In this document: in pieces, positions 11,806 through 24,755 of the stretch
Layout of the letters: every line of letters starts with the position of its first letter
Position numbering within the stretch: the stretch's first letter is position 1
Assembly (NCBI RefSeq): GCF_006345805.1
Contig: NC_042997.1
Location: 39,804,001 to 39,868,000 of the forward strand
Length of the DNA: 64,000 nucleotides
Source of the DNA: Octopus sinensis
Lineage: Eukaryota
Direction: 5' to 3'
Translations under genes and position numbers: made by a program
Notes under the pieces: model-generated
The model's database searches: none
The model's input: the letters and a program-made list of their open reading frames with translations, nothing else
Told to the model about the DNA's origin: nothing

Positions 11806-13215
11806 TGAAGAAATTTTTCCAAACCGACCTCTTCGATCTTCTGTGAAGTGATCTTTGCAGTGTGGGGCCGCGCATTGTCCTGATGAAACATCACTCGTTT
11901 TTGACTCACTAAAGCGGCTCTTTTTCCCTTCAAAGCTTGGTTCAAACGCTCTAATTGCTGACAGTAGACTTGAGCATTGATTGTTGCATTAGGTGGTAAC
12001 AATTCAAAGTGAATTACTCCTTTGCAATCACACCAGATAGAAAGAAGAACCTTTTTCCCATGAAGTTCCCTTCTCGGTTGTGGTTGAACATTTTCCCTTT
12101 TACCAAGCCACTGTTTACGACGTTTAACATTTCGATAGAAAATCCATTTTTCGTCACAAGTCTATCGAAAAAGGGTGAAATGAGTTTGCGAGAATGGAGA
12201 AAAGAGCAGATGTCAACTCAGGATTTGCAGTTGCTTTCGGACAATACATGAGGCACCTATTTTCCAAGTTTAGGAATCTTTTCACGTTGTTGAAGATGAC
12301 GATGAACTGTTGTATGGTTTGAAGTAAGCTTTATTGCCAATTCTTCAACTGATAATGACGGATTTTCTTCAAGTAATGCCTCAAGGAGCTTATCATCAAG
12401 CTCAACAGGACATCCTATTCGATCTTCAACTTCAATTTTGCAAACGATCTCCTGCAAGTTCTTTCATTCAAGCACTTTCCCATAAACTGAGTGTATGTTT
12501 CGAGTCACTTCGGCTGCAGAGTTACCTTTATTGTACTCTTAAAGAATTATATGTACCTTAAATGCTCCTTGGAGACTTCCATGTTGAAAGGGTTTTAATC
12601 AAAGCAATTTTAGGGTGTCCACGAAGTCTGGGTACATGGAATAAAATCATAACGTAAACAAATAAATATAAGAAATAATAATTTTCCTTTTTTACTTTTG
12701 GTTAAATCAAATAAAAAAAATACGTTACTTTTCTAAATTTATTTGTTATTTTTCCTACAGATGATCGAATGATGGATCTGTCTAAAGAAGAAAGAATCGA
12801 GTTAGTATTATTAAGTGGACGAGAGGTATGGTCTTATCGCAAAATTCCTGAAGAATTTAATCTTTGACACCCTTATAGGTAACCTATTTTTTTTACTGCC
12901 GTCGGGAAATTGATCAAGAAATTTAAAGAAACAGGCAGTTATGCATTGAAAAATGATGGAAATCACTTTGAAAATATTATTTAACATTATAATTAAATAA
13001 AATTGGTTTGTTTTAAAAGTATGTGTTAACGCCCATGTACGCAGACTTTGTGGACACCCTCTATTATTTTGTAAAACAATATTGAATTAGTTTAAACGTA
13101 CATAAATGCATAAAAATAATTTTCAATAGAATTAGACATTTGAAAATACTGTTAAATTTCATTCAAATCTAAAAAAAAAGGTAAAATTGGACAAAACTGA
13201 TTGGATGACTCGATA
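11806..13215 (-). mobile_element. Decayed mariner transposon
   Basis: LLPPNATINAQVYCQQLERL...VMFHQDNARPH (mariner catalytic domain) plus an HTH segment (LLEENPSLSVEELAIKL...TVHRHL). Frameshifted and interrupted by 12612-13061. Confidence 0.85.
12612..13061 (+). mobile_element. Internally deleted Tc1/mariner element nested in the mariner
   Basis: TIRs agggtgtccacgaagtctgggtacatgg / ccatgtacgcagactttgtggacaccct. N-terminal HTH (MDLSKEERIELVL...KLIKKFKETGS) is joined directly to the C-terminal CIENDGNHFENII. Confidence 0.8.
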
Positions 13216-14429
13216 TATATAATCTATGATATTCTAGTAGGTTTCAAGTTTATAACAGCTTGATATCTCATGTTATCTCATTTTATATGCCTAAGACGTT
13301 TATTTTCTATTCTGGTTTTTATATAATTCTATACATTATATTTGTATCTATAATTTATTTTAAGCTGAAACATAATACGATCCTTGTACAAATGAAAGAA
13401 CAAGAATTTCCTCTAGAACTTTTATCTTCCACCGGTGTTTGTAATCGATGGTGACATGTGCGATGATTTTGCGACTTTCTTATATTTTACAGAGAAATTG
13501 GAAGCCCCGAATGTAAGCCACCACTTTATGCATAATACAATATTTATAGTTCTCTATTTCTAATTCAAATTCTGTGTTCAATAATTATAGATCTCTATTT
13601 CTAAATGTAATTCTTTTTCTTCTCGTTCAGTTTATAACTATAACACGCATTCTTGTCTGTCTCTTGACAAAGCTTTTTTTCTCCAGCGTTCACCGCTTCA
13701 CCTCATTAGGGATAAACAGCCCTTACCGAATGTTTTCACTGTCCTGTTTTTGTTAGCAGCTTTGACGTTCCACGTATCTCAAATTTTATTTAATTTGCTT
13801 TACAATTATTTAACAAATGCACCACAACAACACTTCCCTGATGAGGAACCAACAAATGTGATTACAATAGTCAAACAGTAATAATAATAACAAACCTTTT
13901 AAATTTATCCCCATTTATGTGAAACCACTTATTCAAGTTCAAGTCATTGATGCAATTTTATATGAATTGCTAATACACACACACACACACACATAATAAG
14001 GGTGAAAAATTGAATATTAATTTGATTAACATGAATTAAAAACCAGTGGTGTAGCATATAAGACCATAGCGGATCTTCTTCTAGCAAAATGGATGACCAC
14101 TATTAATGGTTTATCCCTGTTATATAATACTTTCACTTTAATAGTTTCAGTATTAAAGTGAATGTCTGCATTACAATAGAGAGATGTTTTTGTTTCACTT
14201 TTAACATGTAATACTGAAATAGTGGAGAAGATATGATATTGCTGTGGGGTTGCCCTAGGGAAAAAGTTAAAATTTGTTTTGCTGATGACACTCCCCGGAC
14301 CTTAAGTAAGGCATGTGTAAAATTTGAATGAAATTGGTTGTGTAGTTCTCAAGTTTTAGGGAAACACACAGACAGACAGACACACACACATTCTTAGTTT
14401 TATATATAGAGAGATATATATAGATATAG

Positions 14430-14670
14430 CAATCACCCATGCATACTAGCCTCCTCTCTTCATGCCAATGATTTTATCCAAAGGAAAGGCAAAGGCTGAT
14501 ACAGTTTGGCACCAGTGACATCAGAACCCATTTTTACACTTGAATGAACAGGAGCAATGTGAAATAAAGTGTTTTGCTCAAAAATACAACACACAGCTTG
14601 GTCTAAGAATTGAACTCACTATCTCATGATTGTGAGCCTGATACTCTAATCACTGAGCTATGTGCCTTTG
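14430..14670 (-). mobile_element. tRNA-derived SINE, fourth family (diverged)
   Basis: Homologous to 47065-47410, with a tRNA-like head on the minus strand. Confidence 0.65.
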
Positions 14671-14697
14671 TGTAAATAAAATGGGTAACTATGTTAA

Positions 14698-14887
14698 CCC
14701 TTTATCGGACCCAAATATTTGACCTGCTTTATGTTCAAACTGGCCAGATCTGGCCTTTCACACCTACCCTACAATGTCATTCTCAAATCATTGGCATCTC
14801 AAAGCTATGATATACTGCATAATAAATTTGAAATAAATTGAATAAATAAGCATTACATTTGACAAGAGTAATCTGAATGCCAAGGGG
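14698..14887. mobile_element. TTAA-flanked MITE
   Basis: Inverted homolog of 21082-21302. Confidence 0.7.
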
Positions 14888-14984
14888 TTAGATTACTCGT
14901 TATTTTTTCATTAAAGAATTCATCTAATGACTAGAATAGCTATCCAAACATTTTATATTATTTTTCATCAATATATGAATTTCT

Positions 14985-15445
14985 GTATGTGAGTGTGTAT
15001 GTGTGTGTATGTGTGTGTGTGTGTGTATGTGTGTATGTATGTATGTATGTATGTGTCTATGTATGTGTGTATGTATGTATGTATGTATGTATGTACGTAC
15101 GTATGTATGAATGTATGTATGTATGTATGCATGCATGTATGCATGCTTGTATGTATGTATCCATACATGCATGTATGCATGCCTGTGTGTATGTATGTAT
15201 GTATGTATGCATGCCTGTATGCATGTATGTATGCATGCCTGTATGCATGTATGTATGTATGTGTGTATGTATGTATGCATGCATGTATGCATGCATGTAT
15301 GTATGTATGCATGCATGCCTATATGTATGTATGTATGTATGTATGTCTGTCTGCATGCATGCCTATATGTCTGTCTGCATGCATGTATGTATGTATGTCT
15401 GTCTGCATGCATGCCTGTATGTCTGTCTGCATGCATGCCTGCCTG
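14985..15445. repeat. Compound (TG)n/(TATG)n/(CATG)/(TCTG) microsatellite
   Basis: Direct observation. It produces the spurious low-complexity ORFs in the track. Confidence 0.95.
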
Positions 15446-16419
15446 TTTGATCATGGCTACCGAATAATTGTCACATATTATATTTACAGATATATATATA
15501 TTAGGAAGTTAATTGTTATGACCGGTCATAGAGTGACCATTAGTTTTGCACCTATAAAGTGCTTAGGTGATATGCATACATATATTGTGTGTGTGCGTGT
15601 GTATCTATATACGTATACATATGTATGTATCTATCTGTCTATCTATATATATATCATACATATATATCAACATATTTTTACACACATACACCATAGTAAA
15701 ATGAAAAGATATACCACTACAACCTGTATGGTCATCATGAATATTTCATTAAATGAATCAACTCACTAAAACTGGATGGGCAGACATATTTTCAGAGAAT
15801 GTCTTAACCTACTATAATGATACCATTTTACATTTATAGGATTGGTGACATATAAAATTTTGTCATTTACACCCTTCCTAATGGCTTAAGTGACAAAATG
15901 TGAGTAGTTATAATTGGAAATTAAAACTGGATAATAGTGTTGGTGAATCTGTTAATCTATTATTCTAATTAGAGCAATAATGGTTTCTGTTACTAAGCGC
16001 AAGGACATCTTTGTAAGACAGGATTAATTATAAGAGTGTGACCCTTCAGTTGTAAGTTTTACCTACTTTTTTTTTATCAAACCTGAAGTAACGAACCACA
16101 AAATTAATTATGTTAAAGTTTGATTACTCCTCTAGTGATTATGCATCATTATGTACCTAACTACTTTTGGGTAAGGGTATAAGAATTGCACCCTGCTATC
16201 AAGCTATGTCGAGACAGTGTGGCAGAGTAGGCTCATCAAACCAGTATGATCTCAAGTTCAAATTCATGGGCCCCAACATCAGACTGTAGTTGGTGGAGAG
16301 AACATGCTGAGGCCCTCGTCCTGCAGTAGACTGAACATAGACGATCCACCCCAATTCAATCCAGGTACTACAAAGCATCTAAAATATCATTGTGCTTTCT
16401 GCCCTTTCCTTCCAACAAT

Positions 16420-16620
16420 AAATATTAGTTTCAGATTTTGACGCAAGGTTAGCAATTTCAAGGGAAGGCCTAAGTTGATTTCTTTGACCCCAGTGTTCAA
16501 CTAGTATTTAGTTTATTGACCTTGAAATGATGCTAGGCAAAGTCGACCTCGGCAAAATTTGAACTCAGAAAATGCTGCTAAGTATTTTCCCCGGTGTGCT
16601 AATGATTCTGTCCGCTTGCT
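16420..16620 (-). mobile_element. SINE family C (diverged)
   Basis: ggcaaagtcgacctcggc...tttgaactcagaa is the reverse complement of the B-box region. Confidence 0.7.
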
Positions 16621-16639
16621 GCCTTCTTTTCAGCATTTT

Positions 16640-17046
16640 AGCTCTTTTGTTACTCTTTTACTTGTTTCAGTCATTTGACTGCGACCATGCTGAAGCACCG
16701 CCTTTAATCGAGCAACTCGACCCCGGGACTTATTCTTTTGTAAGCCCAGTACTTATTCTATCGGTCTCTTTTGCCGAACCGCTAAGTGACGGGGACGTAA
16801 ACACACCAGCATCGGTTGTCAAGCAATGCTAGGGGGACAAACACGGACACACAAACAAACACACATACATATATATATACATATATACGACACGCTTCTT
16901 TCAGTTTCCGTCTACCAAATCCACCCACAAGGCATTGGTCGGCGCAGGGCTATAGCAGAAGACACTTGCCCAAGATGCCACGCAGTGGGACTGAACCCAG
17001 AACCATGTGGTTGGTAAACAAGCTACATACCACACAGCCACTCCTT
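16640..17046 (-). mobile_element. SINE family B
   Basis: Reverse complement of family B. Confidence 0.9.
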
Positions 17047-17549
17047 GAGATTCTGTGTTTCTTTCAATTAATTTTAAATATAACATAGAATAGAGGAAAT
17101 AAACTTAGTTATCATTAAATTAATGTTAGGAACATAAATTGCAACTAAGTTTTGGTGGGAGATTTTAATTCAGAACTTTTGAAAACAAGGCATTTGTACT
17201 ACAGAGCCAGGGGCGGTTTCATGTGAGTTGGTATCAAAAGGGTTAATGTTGAAATATCCATAGGCTGAAGAGTTTCACTACTTTAGATAACAAAGGATTT
17301 GTTGATATCTAAATATATTAGCTCCAATTCTAAGTATTTAATTTACTGAAAATTTGAGAAATAGAAACATTTATAAGGAGTTTGATAGCAATTTTTTCAT
17401 GTGATATTATAATTTTATCCAAGCAAAAGCACTTGTGAATTCTTTAGTGAACAGTTTCAGAAAAGGTGAAAAGGAAAAACAAAACTAAATAAGTATGTGT
17501 AATGGGTAAAAATAAGATATTTCAAAGAAACAAAAATATTAAAACAAAA

Positions 17550-17795
17550 CATCATCATCATCATCATCATCACCACTGACACCACCACCACCACCACCAA
17601 CACCACTACCACCACTGACACCATCACTACCGGCACCACCACCACTGACACCACCACCACTGCCACCACTGCCATCACCACACCACCACCACCAACACCA
17701 CTACCACCACTGACACCATCACTACCGGCACCACCACCACTGACACCACCACCACTGCCACCACTGCCATCACCACCACCACCACCACCACCATT
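17550..17795. repeat. (CAT)n/(CAC)n trinucleotide expansion with an internal ~100-bp duplication
   Basis: Sits at the tail of an old RTE 3' end on the minus strand. Confidence 0.85.
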
Positions 17796-17833
17796 CTAAC
17801 ATCCACTTTTCCATGCTTGCATAGGTTTGATGG

Positions 17834-18217
17834 GTGGAGGCGCAATGGCCCAGTGGTTAGGGCAGCGGACTCGCGGTTGGAGCATCGTGGTTTCGATTCC
17901 CAGAACGGGCGTTGTGAGTGTTTATTGAGCGAAAACACCTAAAAGTTCCACGAGGCTCCGGCAGGGGATGGTGGTGAACCCTGCTGTACTCTTTCACCAC
18001 AACTTTCTCTCACTCTTTCTTCCTGTTTCTCTTGTACCTGTATTTCAAAGGGCCGGCCTTGTCACTCTCTGTGTCATGCTGAATCTCCTCGAGAACTACG
18101 TTAAGGGTACATGTGTCTGTGGAGTGCTCAGCCACTTGCACGTTAATATCACGAGCAAGCTGTTCCGTTGATCGTATCAGCTGGGACCCTCATCTTCGCA
18201 ACCGACGGAGTGCTCCT
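17834..18217 (+). mobile_element. tRNA-derived SINE, family D, tail type 1
   Basis: Head gtggaggcgcaatggcccagtggttagggcagcggactcg...ggtttcgattccc. 13-bp TSD ataggtttgatgg at 17821-17833 and 18218-18230. Confidence 0.9.
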
Positions 18218-18293
18218 ATAGGTTTGATGGAATTTACTGAGGCAGTATCATCTGAAGAATCAATATTCTGTTGCTGCATTGAGTGTTTGTTAA

Positions 18294-18499
18294 ACCTTTT
18301 GTTACTGTTGAAATACTTTGCATTTCTTTCGATTAATTTTGAAAATATTTTAAAAATTAGTAAAATAATTTTGTCCTTATTAATCCGATGTTTGGAACAT
18401 AAATTAAGATGGGTGAGGGGGTAATTTAGATCACTTAATGACATGAAATTTGCATTCATGGAACTAGAGTCAGTCTCAGACAGGTAGGTATCAAAAGGG
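18294..18499. mobile_element. TTAA-flanked MITE
   Basis: TTAA|ACCTTTTGTTAC...GTATCAAAAGGG|TTAA. Inverted homolog of 5489-5708. Confidence 0.75.
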
Positions 18500-19117
18500 T
18501 TAATGTCACTTAATGCTGAATGTTCTAGTCAACTTCACAGTAAATAAGTATCACATAATGATATAATAATATAATTAGTTGGTCTCAGAAGGGTGTGAAC
18601 AATTAAACTGCTGTTTTATTTGCATATATAGTTTGACTTCTTTTTTTTGGTGTGGACTGAAGACTGATACAGCTTGCTGGGGACTTGTAAAGATACACTG
18701 TATGATGATAAAATCTTCACTAATGCCCTAATAGTACAATGTGCTGTGAAACTTTCTGAGATTTAAACAGACAAACTAATATATAAAACATCAAAATGAA
18801 AAGAAAAGTACATTATTTATATCCAAACTACAGTGGAGAAGGTTAGCCACTGGATTTGGTTAAAAAGAGACAATGAGCAATGGTTAGAAGAATATTGAGC
18901 TTTATTTGATAACCAGCTGATCTAGCAAGCGGGGCCTCATATCAGTGAGGGGTGGAGCCGGTGTGCAGTGATGCCGCCCAGAGGTAGGCCCCAAAACAGC
19001 TCACATTCTCTCCTGATGACGGAATTTTTGACTGGTAGCACTTGCATGTGCAAGTTGTTTGCAAGACATCAGTCACCTGCATGTTTTTTATTCATTTGTG
19101 TTTTCTATATAAAACAT

Positions 19118-19420
19118 GTGGAGGCGCAATGGCCCAGTGGTTAGGGCAGCGGACTCGCGGTCGTAGGATCGCGGTTTCAATTCCCAGACCGGGCGTTGTG
19201 AGTGTTTATTGAGCAAAAACACCTAAAAGCTCCACAATGCTTCGGCAGGGGGTGGTGATCCCTGCTGTACTCTTTCACCACCCTTTCTCCCACTCTTTCT
19301 TCTGTTGGCCTGCTCACTTAGCCAGCGGGGTGGCGTCATTCAAAGGCTAAAACAATGCGAACGCATTGTGACCAGCGATGTGTAACAACATCTGATGGTC
19401 TGGTCGGTCACGTGATGGTG
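19118..19420 (+). mobile_element. tRNA-derived SINE, family D, tail type 2
   Basis: Same ~180-bp head as 17834 but a different 3' half. TSD atataaaacat at 19107-19117 and 19421-19431. Confidence 0.9.
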
Positions 19421-20339
19421 ATATAAAACATAAACAGACAGAGTGTTTATATATACCCTTTTCACAAGGAGTTATTGAACAATAAGTTTCTTTTCTGGTG
19501 GGTTTTATGTGTCGTGTATCAATATTTGGGTCCAAGTGTCTATGAAATTATTCATGCTCATAGATTTTATACACAAGTCATTGGATGGTGACAGCATGTC
19601 CTTTAAAAATTTTAAAGACAGACATTTATGCCTTTGATACTTTGAAATAAATGATTTGCTAGAAATAAGTTAGAAATTTAATGGTTTTCTTCTGAGAATT
19701 CAACAACATTATGCACCTATTCAAGAAGAAAGAATGAAACAACATGTGGAGACTGCCATCTCTGCCATTGAAAAACATGGTTATTCTTTGCTAGCAGCAT
19801 TCTTTGCAAGGATATCCTAAACCATGTTATCTAAAAATCCTGTTTATTCTATTTATATAAATTGCTTTTAGGAAGGGGAATTAGCAATTAAATCAGTCCT
19901 CTTCTTTACCTAAAAAAAAAAAAAAATGTTTCCCAGAAACATAACTTGAATTTCTATCTGGTGTTTGATTACTGGATTAGAACAACTGGTTTAGTAAACA
20001 GAAGAATTTGTTCTATAAAAGTTTGAGTTTCCAGCTGCAATAATAAATTTTTTTTCTGTTGTCTAATACCAAGCACTATATTTTAAAAGTCTAAATGAGG
20101 AGAAATGTGAAAATTGTTTCATGGACACCTTGCATCCTGTAATTGATATCATATGTTCTTTTCAAGGAGAATAATATAATACATTATTTTAGAATAATAC
20201 AACATAATATATCATATTATAATAATATAAGATAATATGACTTGTCCATGGCCAAAACACTTGTCTATCAATAATTAAAGCAAGGTACTACGAGGCTATT
20301 GTTGTGTTTGAGTTTTCTTATATCACTCATAATGGCTCC

Positions 20340-20560
20340 TTGCTCTTGAGGACTTTGGTGAAAGTAATGCAATTACATATGATTGTGTCTGGCATGAGAA
20401 CTTCCAAGATAAGTTAAGCACCTATTGTCAATATCTTTTTCTCATTTCCTGAATCAAAAGCTTTTTGATGCACTTCACCATTACAGTAGCCTTCACCATT
20501 TATTCTGGTGTATCCCAAGGCTCGGTAATGTTTCATACACTCTTCCTTCTATATATTGTT
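20340..20560 (+). mobile_element. Ancient LINE RT remnant
   Basis: Frameshifted motifs resembling (F)DCVWHE and SGVSQGSVMFHTLFLLYI. Confidence 0.55.
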
Positions 20561-20571
20561 TCTTTTCACAA

Positions 20572-20897
20572 CATCATCATCATCATCATCATCATCGTTT
20601 AACGTCCATTCTCCATGCTAGCATGGGTTGGATGGTTCGACTGGGGATCTGGGAAGCCAGAAGGCTGCACCAGGCTCCGGTCTTATCTGGCAGAGTTTCT
20701 ACAGCTGGATGCCCTTCCTAACGCCAACCACTCCATGAGTGTAGTGGGTGCTTCTAAAGTGCCACTGACACGAAGGCCAGTCTGGCGGTAGTGGCAATGG
20801 CCACACTCGAAAATGGTGTTTTTTATGTGCCACCTGCACAGGAGTCAGTCCAGCAGCATTGGCAACAACCTCGCTCGAATGTTTTGTTCACGTGCCT
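20572..20897 (-). mobile_element. RTE LINE 3' UTR fragment
   Basis: (CAT)n plus the family sequence. Confidence 0.85.
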
Positions 20898-21081
20898 TTT
20901 ACTTATCCATAATGATAACTGTGAGTGAAGTGTGCTATTGCATGGTAGTAAAACAGGTACCAAATGCAGGTGATGTGTGAAAGCTGGAAAGAAATTGAAT
21001 CGGTATATCGTATTGGATGTATATTGTCAGCATGTGTAAATGATGAAGCAGGGGTGTGCTAAATGGAAAAGTGAGCATTAA

Positions 21082-21302
21082 CCCTTTAGTGTTCAGATTA
21101 CTCTGTTAAATGTAAAACTTTTTCACTCAAATTGTTTTGAATTAATCATACATTATCTCATAGCTTTGAGGTTTCAATGCTGTGATTGTCTATTTTTAGA
21201 ATGTCAATGTAGGTTAGGTGTAAGAGGCTGGATATGGTCAGTTTGAATATAAAACATGTAGAATATATTGGGCCAGATATGGCCGGTTTAAACGCTAAAG
21301 GG
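21082..21302. mobile_element. TTAA-flanked MITE (piggyBac-like)
   Basis: TTAA|CCCTTTAG...CTAAAGGG|TTAA. Homologs at 14698-14887 and ~2060-2285. Confidence 0.85.
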
Positions 21303-22209
21303 TTAAAGAAATAGAGAGAAGAATGCACTAGTACAAGCTTATGATGTATATGAAGGATGACTGTTAGATGAGGAAGGTTCAAGTGGATTGAGCAGAAGGA
21401 ACCTGCTTGTGTGAAAATCTGAAGAAAATGTGGGAAGAAGTGTTGAAGATTGACCGCATGATATGGTACCTTATGAAAGAGATGACAAGCCATGAGATGC
21501 TGTACTGAAGTAGACTTGTCCATCCATGCCAGCATGAGAAAAATGGATGTAAAATTATGGGTTAGTGATGATGATGATGATGGTGATGATGGAGGTGGTA
21601 AAAGTGGTGGTGTTGGTGGCTACGGTGACAAATATAATGAACTGTTCTTAATTTTTTCTTTTTATATTGTCAGTGCACTTTTCAGAAATTTTTGTAGCCT
21701 GTTCGTTAACAAAAAATTTTAATGATTAAGATGTATTTCTCTCTAGGAGTGAATATACCATTTTTTGATTTCTTTCTTTTTTCTCTCTCTCTCTCTCTTG
21801 CCTTTCTTTTATGAAGTCAAAATTCCTTTTCATGATGGAGTTTAAATTACTATCCCAAACTGATATTAAACACAACAAAAGTTGTTGTTGAGAAGAATGC
21901 TTACTTTGGAATTGGGTTAACTCAGAACAAAGATAGTATTTATAGTTTTTAACTCTCACATCATCTGTTTTGAAGATTTGCATAAGCTTCAAATGCATCA
22001 CAATTTGGTTGAAAATAGCAAATAATCAAAAAAATGCTACGTAGTTACTTGATCTGATTGTCCTAGCAACAAAACCTTCCTCAACAAATTTCTTACCATT
22101 TTAAATTTTAAAATAGTACAGTGTGTTTTAAGTTCTAAATTTTACAATTTATCCTGTTATCATTTAGAAATTAGTTTCCATGAGAGAAGAAACAATATTC
22201 TATCAATAC

Positions 22210-22420
22210 TGATTTCATATTTTGGCACAATGCCAGCAATTTCAGGGCAGTGGGTAAGTTGATTACACCGGATCCAGTGATCACCTGGTACTTATTTTAT
22301 CAACCCCGAAGGATGAAAGGTAAAGTTGACCTAGGTGGAATTTAAATTGAGAATGTAAACATCGTTGAAATGCCTCTAAGCATTTTGCTGGCACGATAAT
22401 GGTTCTGACAGCTCGCCGCA
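22210..22420 (-). mobile_element. SINE family C (diverged)
   Basis: ctggtacttattttatcaaccccgaaggatgaaagg is the reversed Meta-like domain. Confidence 0.75.
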
Positions 22421-22946
22421 TTAATACTCAATCAATACTGATAGTATGAAAGCAGTTCAATATCAATGGAATGCAATGTTCCAGTTAATATCATGCTGGT
22501 ATGCTGCTTCTAAGAGATATTTCTTGTGAATATTAAAAGAAAAATTTTGACTTTAATTTCTTCAAATCTTATTTTGTAGATTTACATATTGCGTTGTAGC
22601 TTGATTTGTACCAGATTTATTGGGATGAGTTGTTGGTTAGTTTGTGGAAGCTGTGGGTAATGATTTAACAACACCAAGCATACAGTTAACATGATTTATG
22701 GTTGCTGTATTAGTCATATGAAGTTATTCATGAATTGCAAAGAGTCAACAAGATGAAAGAAATATGAGGTGCTGAAAACTTCCTGGTTTTGGGTAAGAGA
22801 AAATGACAGGTGGATCAGTTGATTATGATTTTATACAACATATTCCCCTTCTCAGATTCACACACTTATTGCAGCAGTCCTTCAGTTTTTCTAAGCCCTA
22901 TAAAAGAACTTGGAAGATTGGGCCTCCAAACAGGCCTTTTGCAATA

Positions 22947-23525
22947 CCATGAATCTTCGAGTATAGTCCACCCTTGAGTATAATACGCAGGGGATTTTGA
23001 GGGAGCTGTACCTCTAAAAAACCTAAACCTTGTGTATAATACGCAGCCCTTCTCTAACTTGAGTTGTGCGTAATTAAGCCAGCAGCACCTAGTCGAACAA
23101 ACACTTCTGCGCATGCGTAATACAATAATGGTGATGTTCTTAACTGTTATATGGGAATGTAAATATGTTTGCAAATTGTTTTTGTTACATGTTATTCTGT
23201 GTTCTGAATACTTTTATTTTAATAAATGTTGCTAACTGCAAGTTATAGATGATTCTTCATTGCTTTCAGGCTTAGCTTAAGATATTTTTGTGCCCGACAT
23301 CACAAAATGCATCTGAATAAACATTGCCAGACAGCAAATAGAGACTCAGACATTGCTTAGAAAATAATTTTCATTTTTAACCTCGTGTGCCCCAGCATGG
23401 CCACAGCTTGTGAGCTGAAACTAGATAAAATAAAATAAAATAAAAATAACAAATATTGTATGCACAAGGGATTTTGACCTTTAAATTTTGGGAAAAAAAT
23501 GTGGATTATACTTGAAGATTTATGA
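22947..23525. mobile_element. pogo/Tigger-like MITE
   Basis: TA|CCATGAATCTTCGAGTATAGTCCAC ... GTGGATTATACTTGAAGATTTATGA|TA inverted termini. Confidence 0.7.
23387..23447 (+). mobile_element. Extremely 5'-truncated CR1-like LINE tail
   Basis: Identical to 6090-6130 (gtgccccagcatggccacagcttgtgagctgaaactag) plus (TAAAA)n. Confidence 0.85.
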
Positions 23526-24185
23526 TACCCTTAAAGCCCAGGAACTTTCCATCCCCTCCATCATATAATGCAAGATACAAAGTTGCTGGATCTCAAAATT
23601 TACTACTGGGGCTGGATTAAACACAAAGAATACATATACATGTACCACTTTATGTCTTCTAACACAATCACATATCAATTAAGCATGATAGAACAATTAA
23701 GAAAGAGTGTGTATTTCATACTGCAACCAACAACACACTTAAGTTTGACACTGAAAAGTATTCTATAGGCCTTGTAGGAAAATATTCTAGGACCTTCCAG
23801 AATCCTCTTTCACTGGATGTCTAGCTTCTGGCTGGACAATAATTCAGTTGTGCACATGACTAAGCTGTTGCTATGTCATGGCTTGACATTCACTATGTGG
23901 CAACATGAGTTCATATCCTGCTATGCCCTAAAGTAATTCCTTTTCTACTTTAAATACAAGTTTTATTAAATACAGGACATCAACAATATGAAATCCTTAA
24001 CTAATATTTATGAAATAAAGTTAGAGTTAAAGTTAAAGTTAGACTAATGAAATATTAAAATAAGAAATATAGTTCCCTGTAGTAGAATTCAACAAAGTGC
24101 TTCCCTGATGATCCATTGCAGTCAGACATCCAAATGTTCTTGGAGCATCCAATACTGAATTCCAAATAACTGCAATGGTGTTATA

Positions 24186-24589
24186 TACTCTTTTACTTGT
24201 TTCAGTCATTTGACTGTGGCCATGCTGGAGCACCGCCTTTTAGTCGAGCAAATCGACCCCGGGACTTATTCTTTGTAAGCCCAGTACTTATTCTATCGGT
24301 CTCTTTTGCCGAACCGCTAAGTGACGGGGACGTAAACACACCAGCATCAGTTGTCAAGCAATGCTAGGGGGACAAACACAGACACACAAACACATACACA
24401 CACACACATATATATATACATATATACGACAGGCTTCTTTCAGTTTCCGTCTACCAAATCCACTCACAAGGCATTGGTTGGCCCGAGGCTATAGCAGAAG
24501 ACACTTGCCCAAGATGCCATGCAGTGGGACTGAACCCGGAACCATGTGGTTGGTTAGCAAGCTACTTACCACACAGCCACTCCTGCGCC
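24186..24589 (-). mobile_element. SINE family B
   Basis: Full-length reverse complement. Confidence 0.9.
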
Positions 24590-24755
24590 TATATGTAGGA
24601 ACTAATATAATCTATACTTGGGTTTATCTTAATTTTCCACTACATATGTTCTACATATCTTAACTAGTAACACCGCTAAGTACAGTGCTAGACTAAACAC
24701 TATACTGGAAGCATAATCTACGTGAAGCTTCAACTCATACAGTAATAGTTGTACA

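Larger units (their letters stand above)
22763..23565. mobile_element. Mariner-like MITE hosting nested insertions
   Basis: Imperfect TIRs gaggtgctgaaaacttcctgg / ccaggaactttccatcccctc. Confidence 0.55.

Noticed and set aside
13480-13780. Micro-exon / first-exon candidates
   Set aside because: Splice-like signals only. The 20-nt candidate is not frame-preserving and has no homology support.
13838-13870. CTGATGAG hammerhead core
   Set aside because: No stem II or GAAA follows.
17834-17910. Functional tRNA genes at SINE heads
   Set aside because: They are TSD-bounded, continue into SINE bodies and lack a proper cloverleaf and terminator.
18944-18985. SECIS element (GUGA...GA)
   Set aside because: The helix is too short, there is no apical AA, and no selenoprotein CDS is nearby.
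19700-19835. pipsqueak-type HTH transposase remnant
   Set aside because: Short, stop-interrupted resemblance with no TIRs or catalytic domain found.
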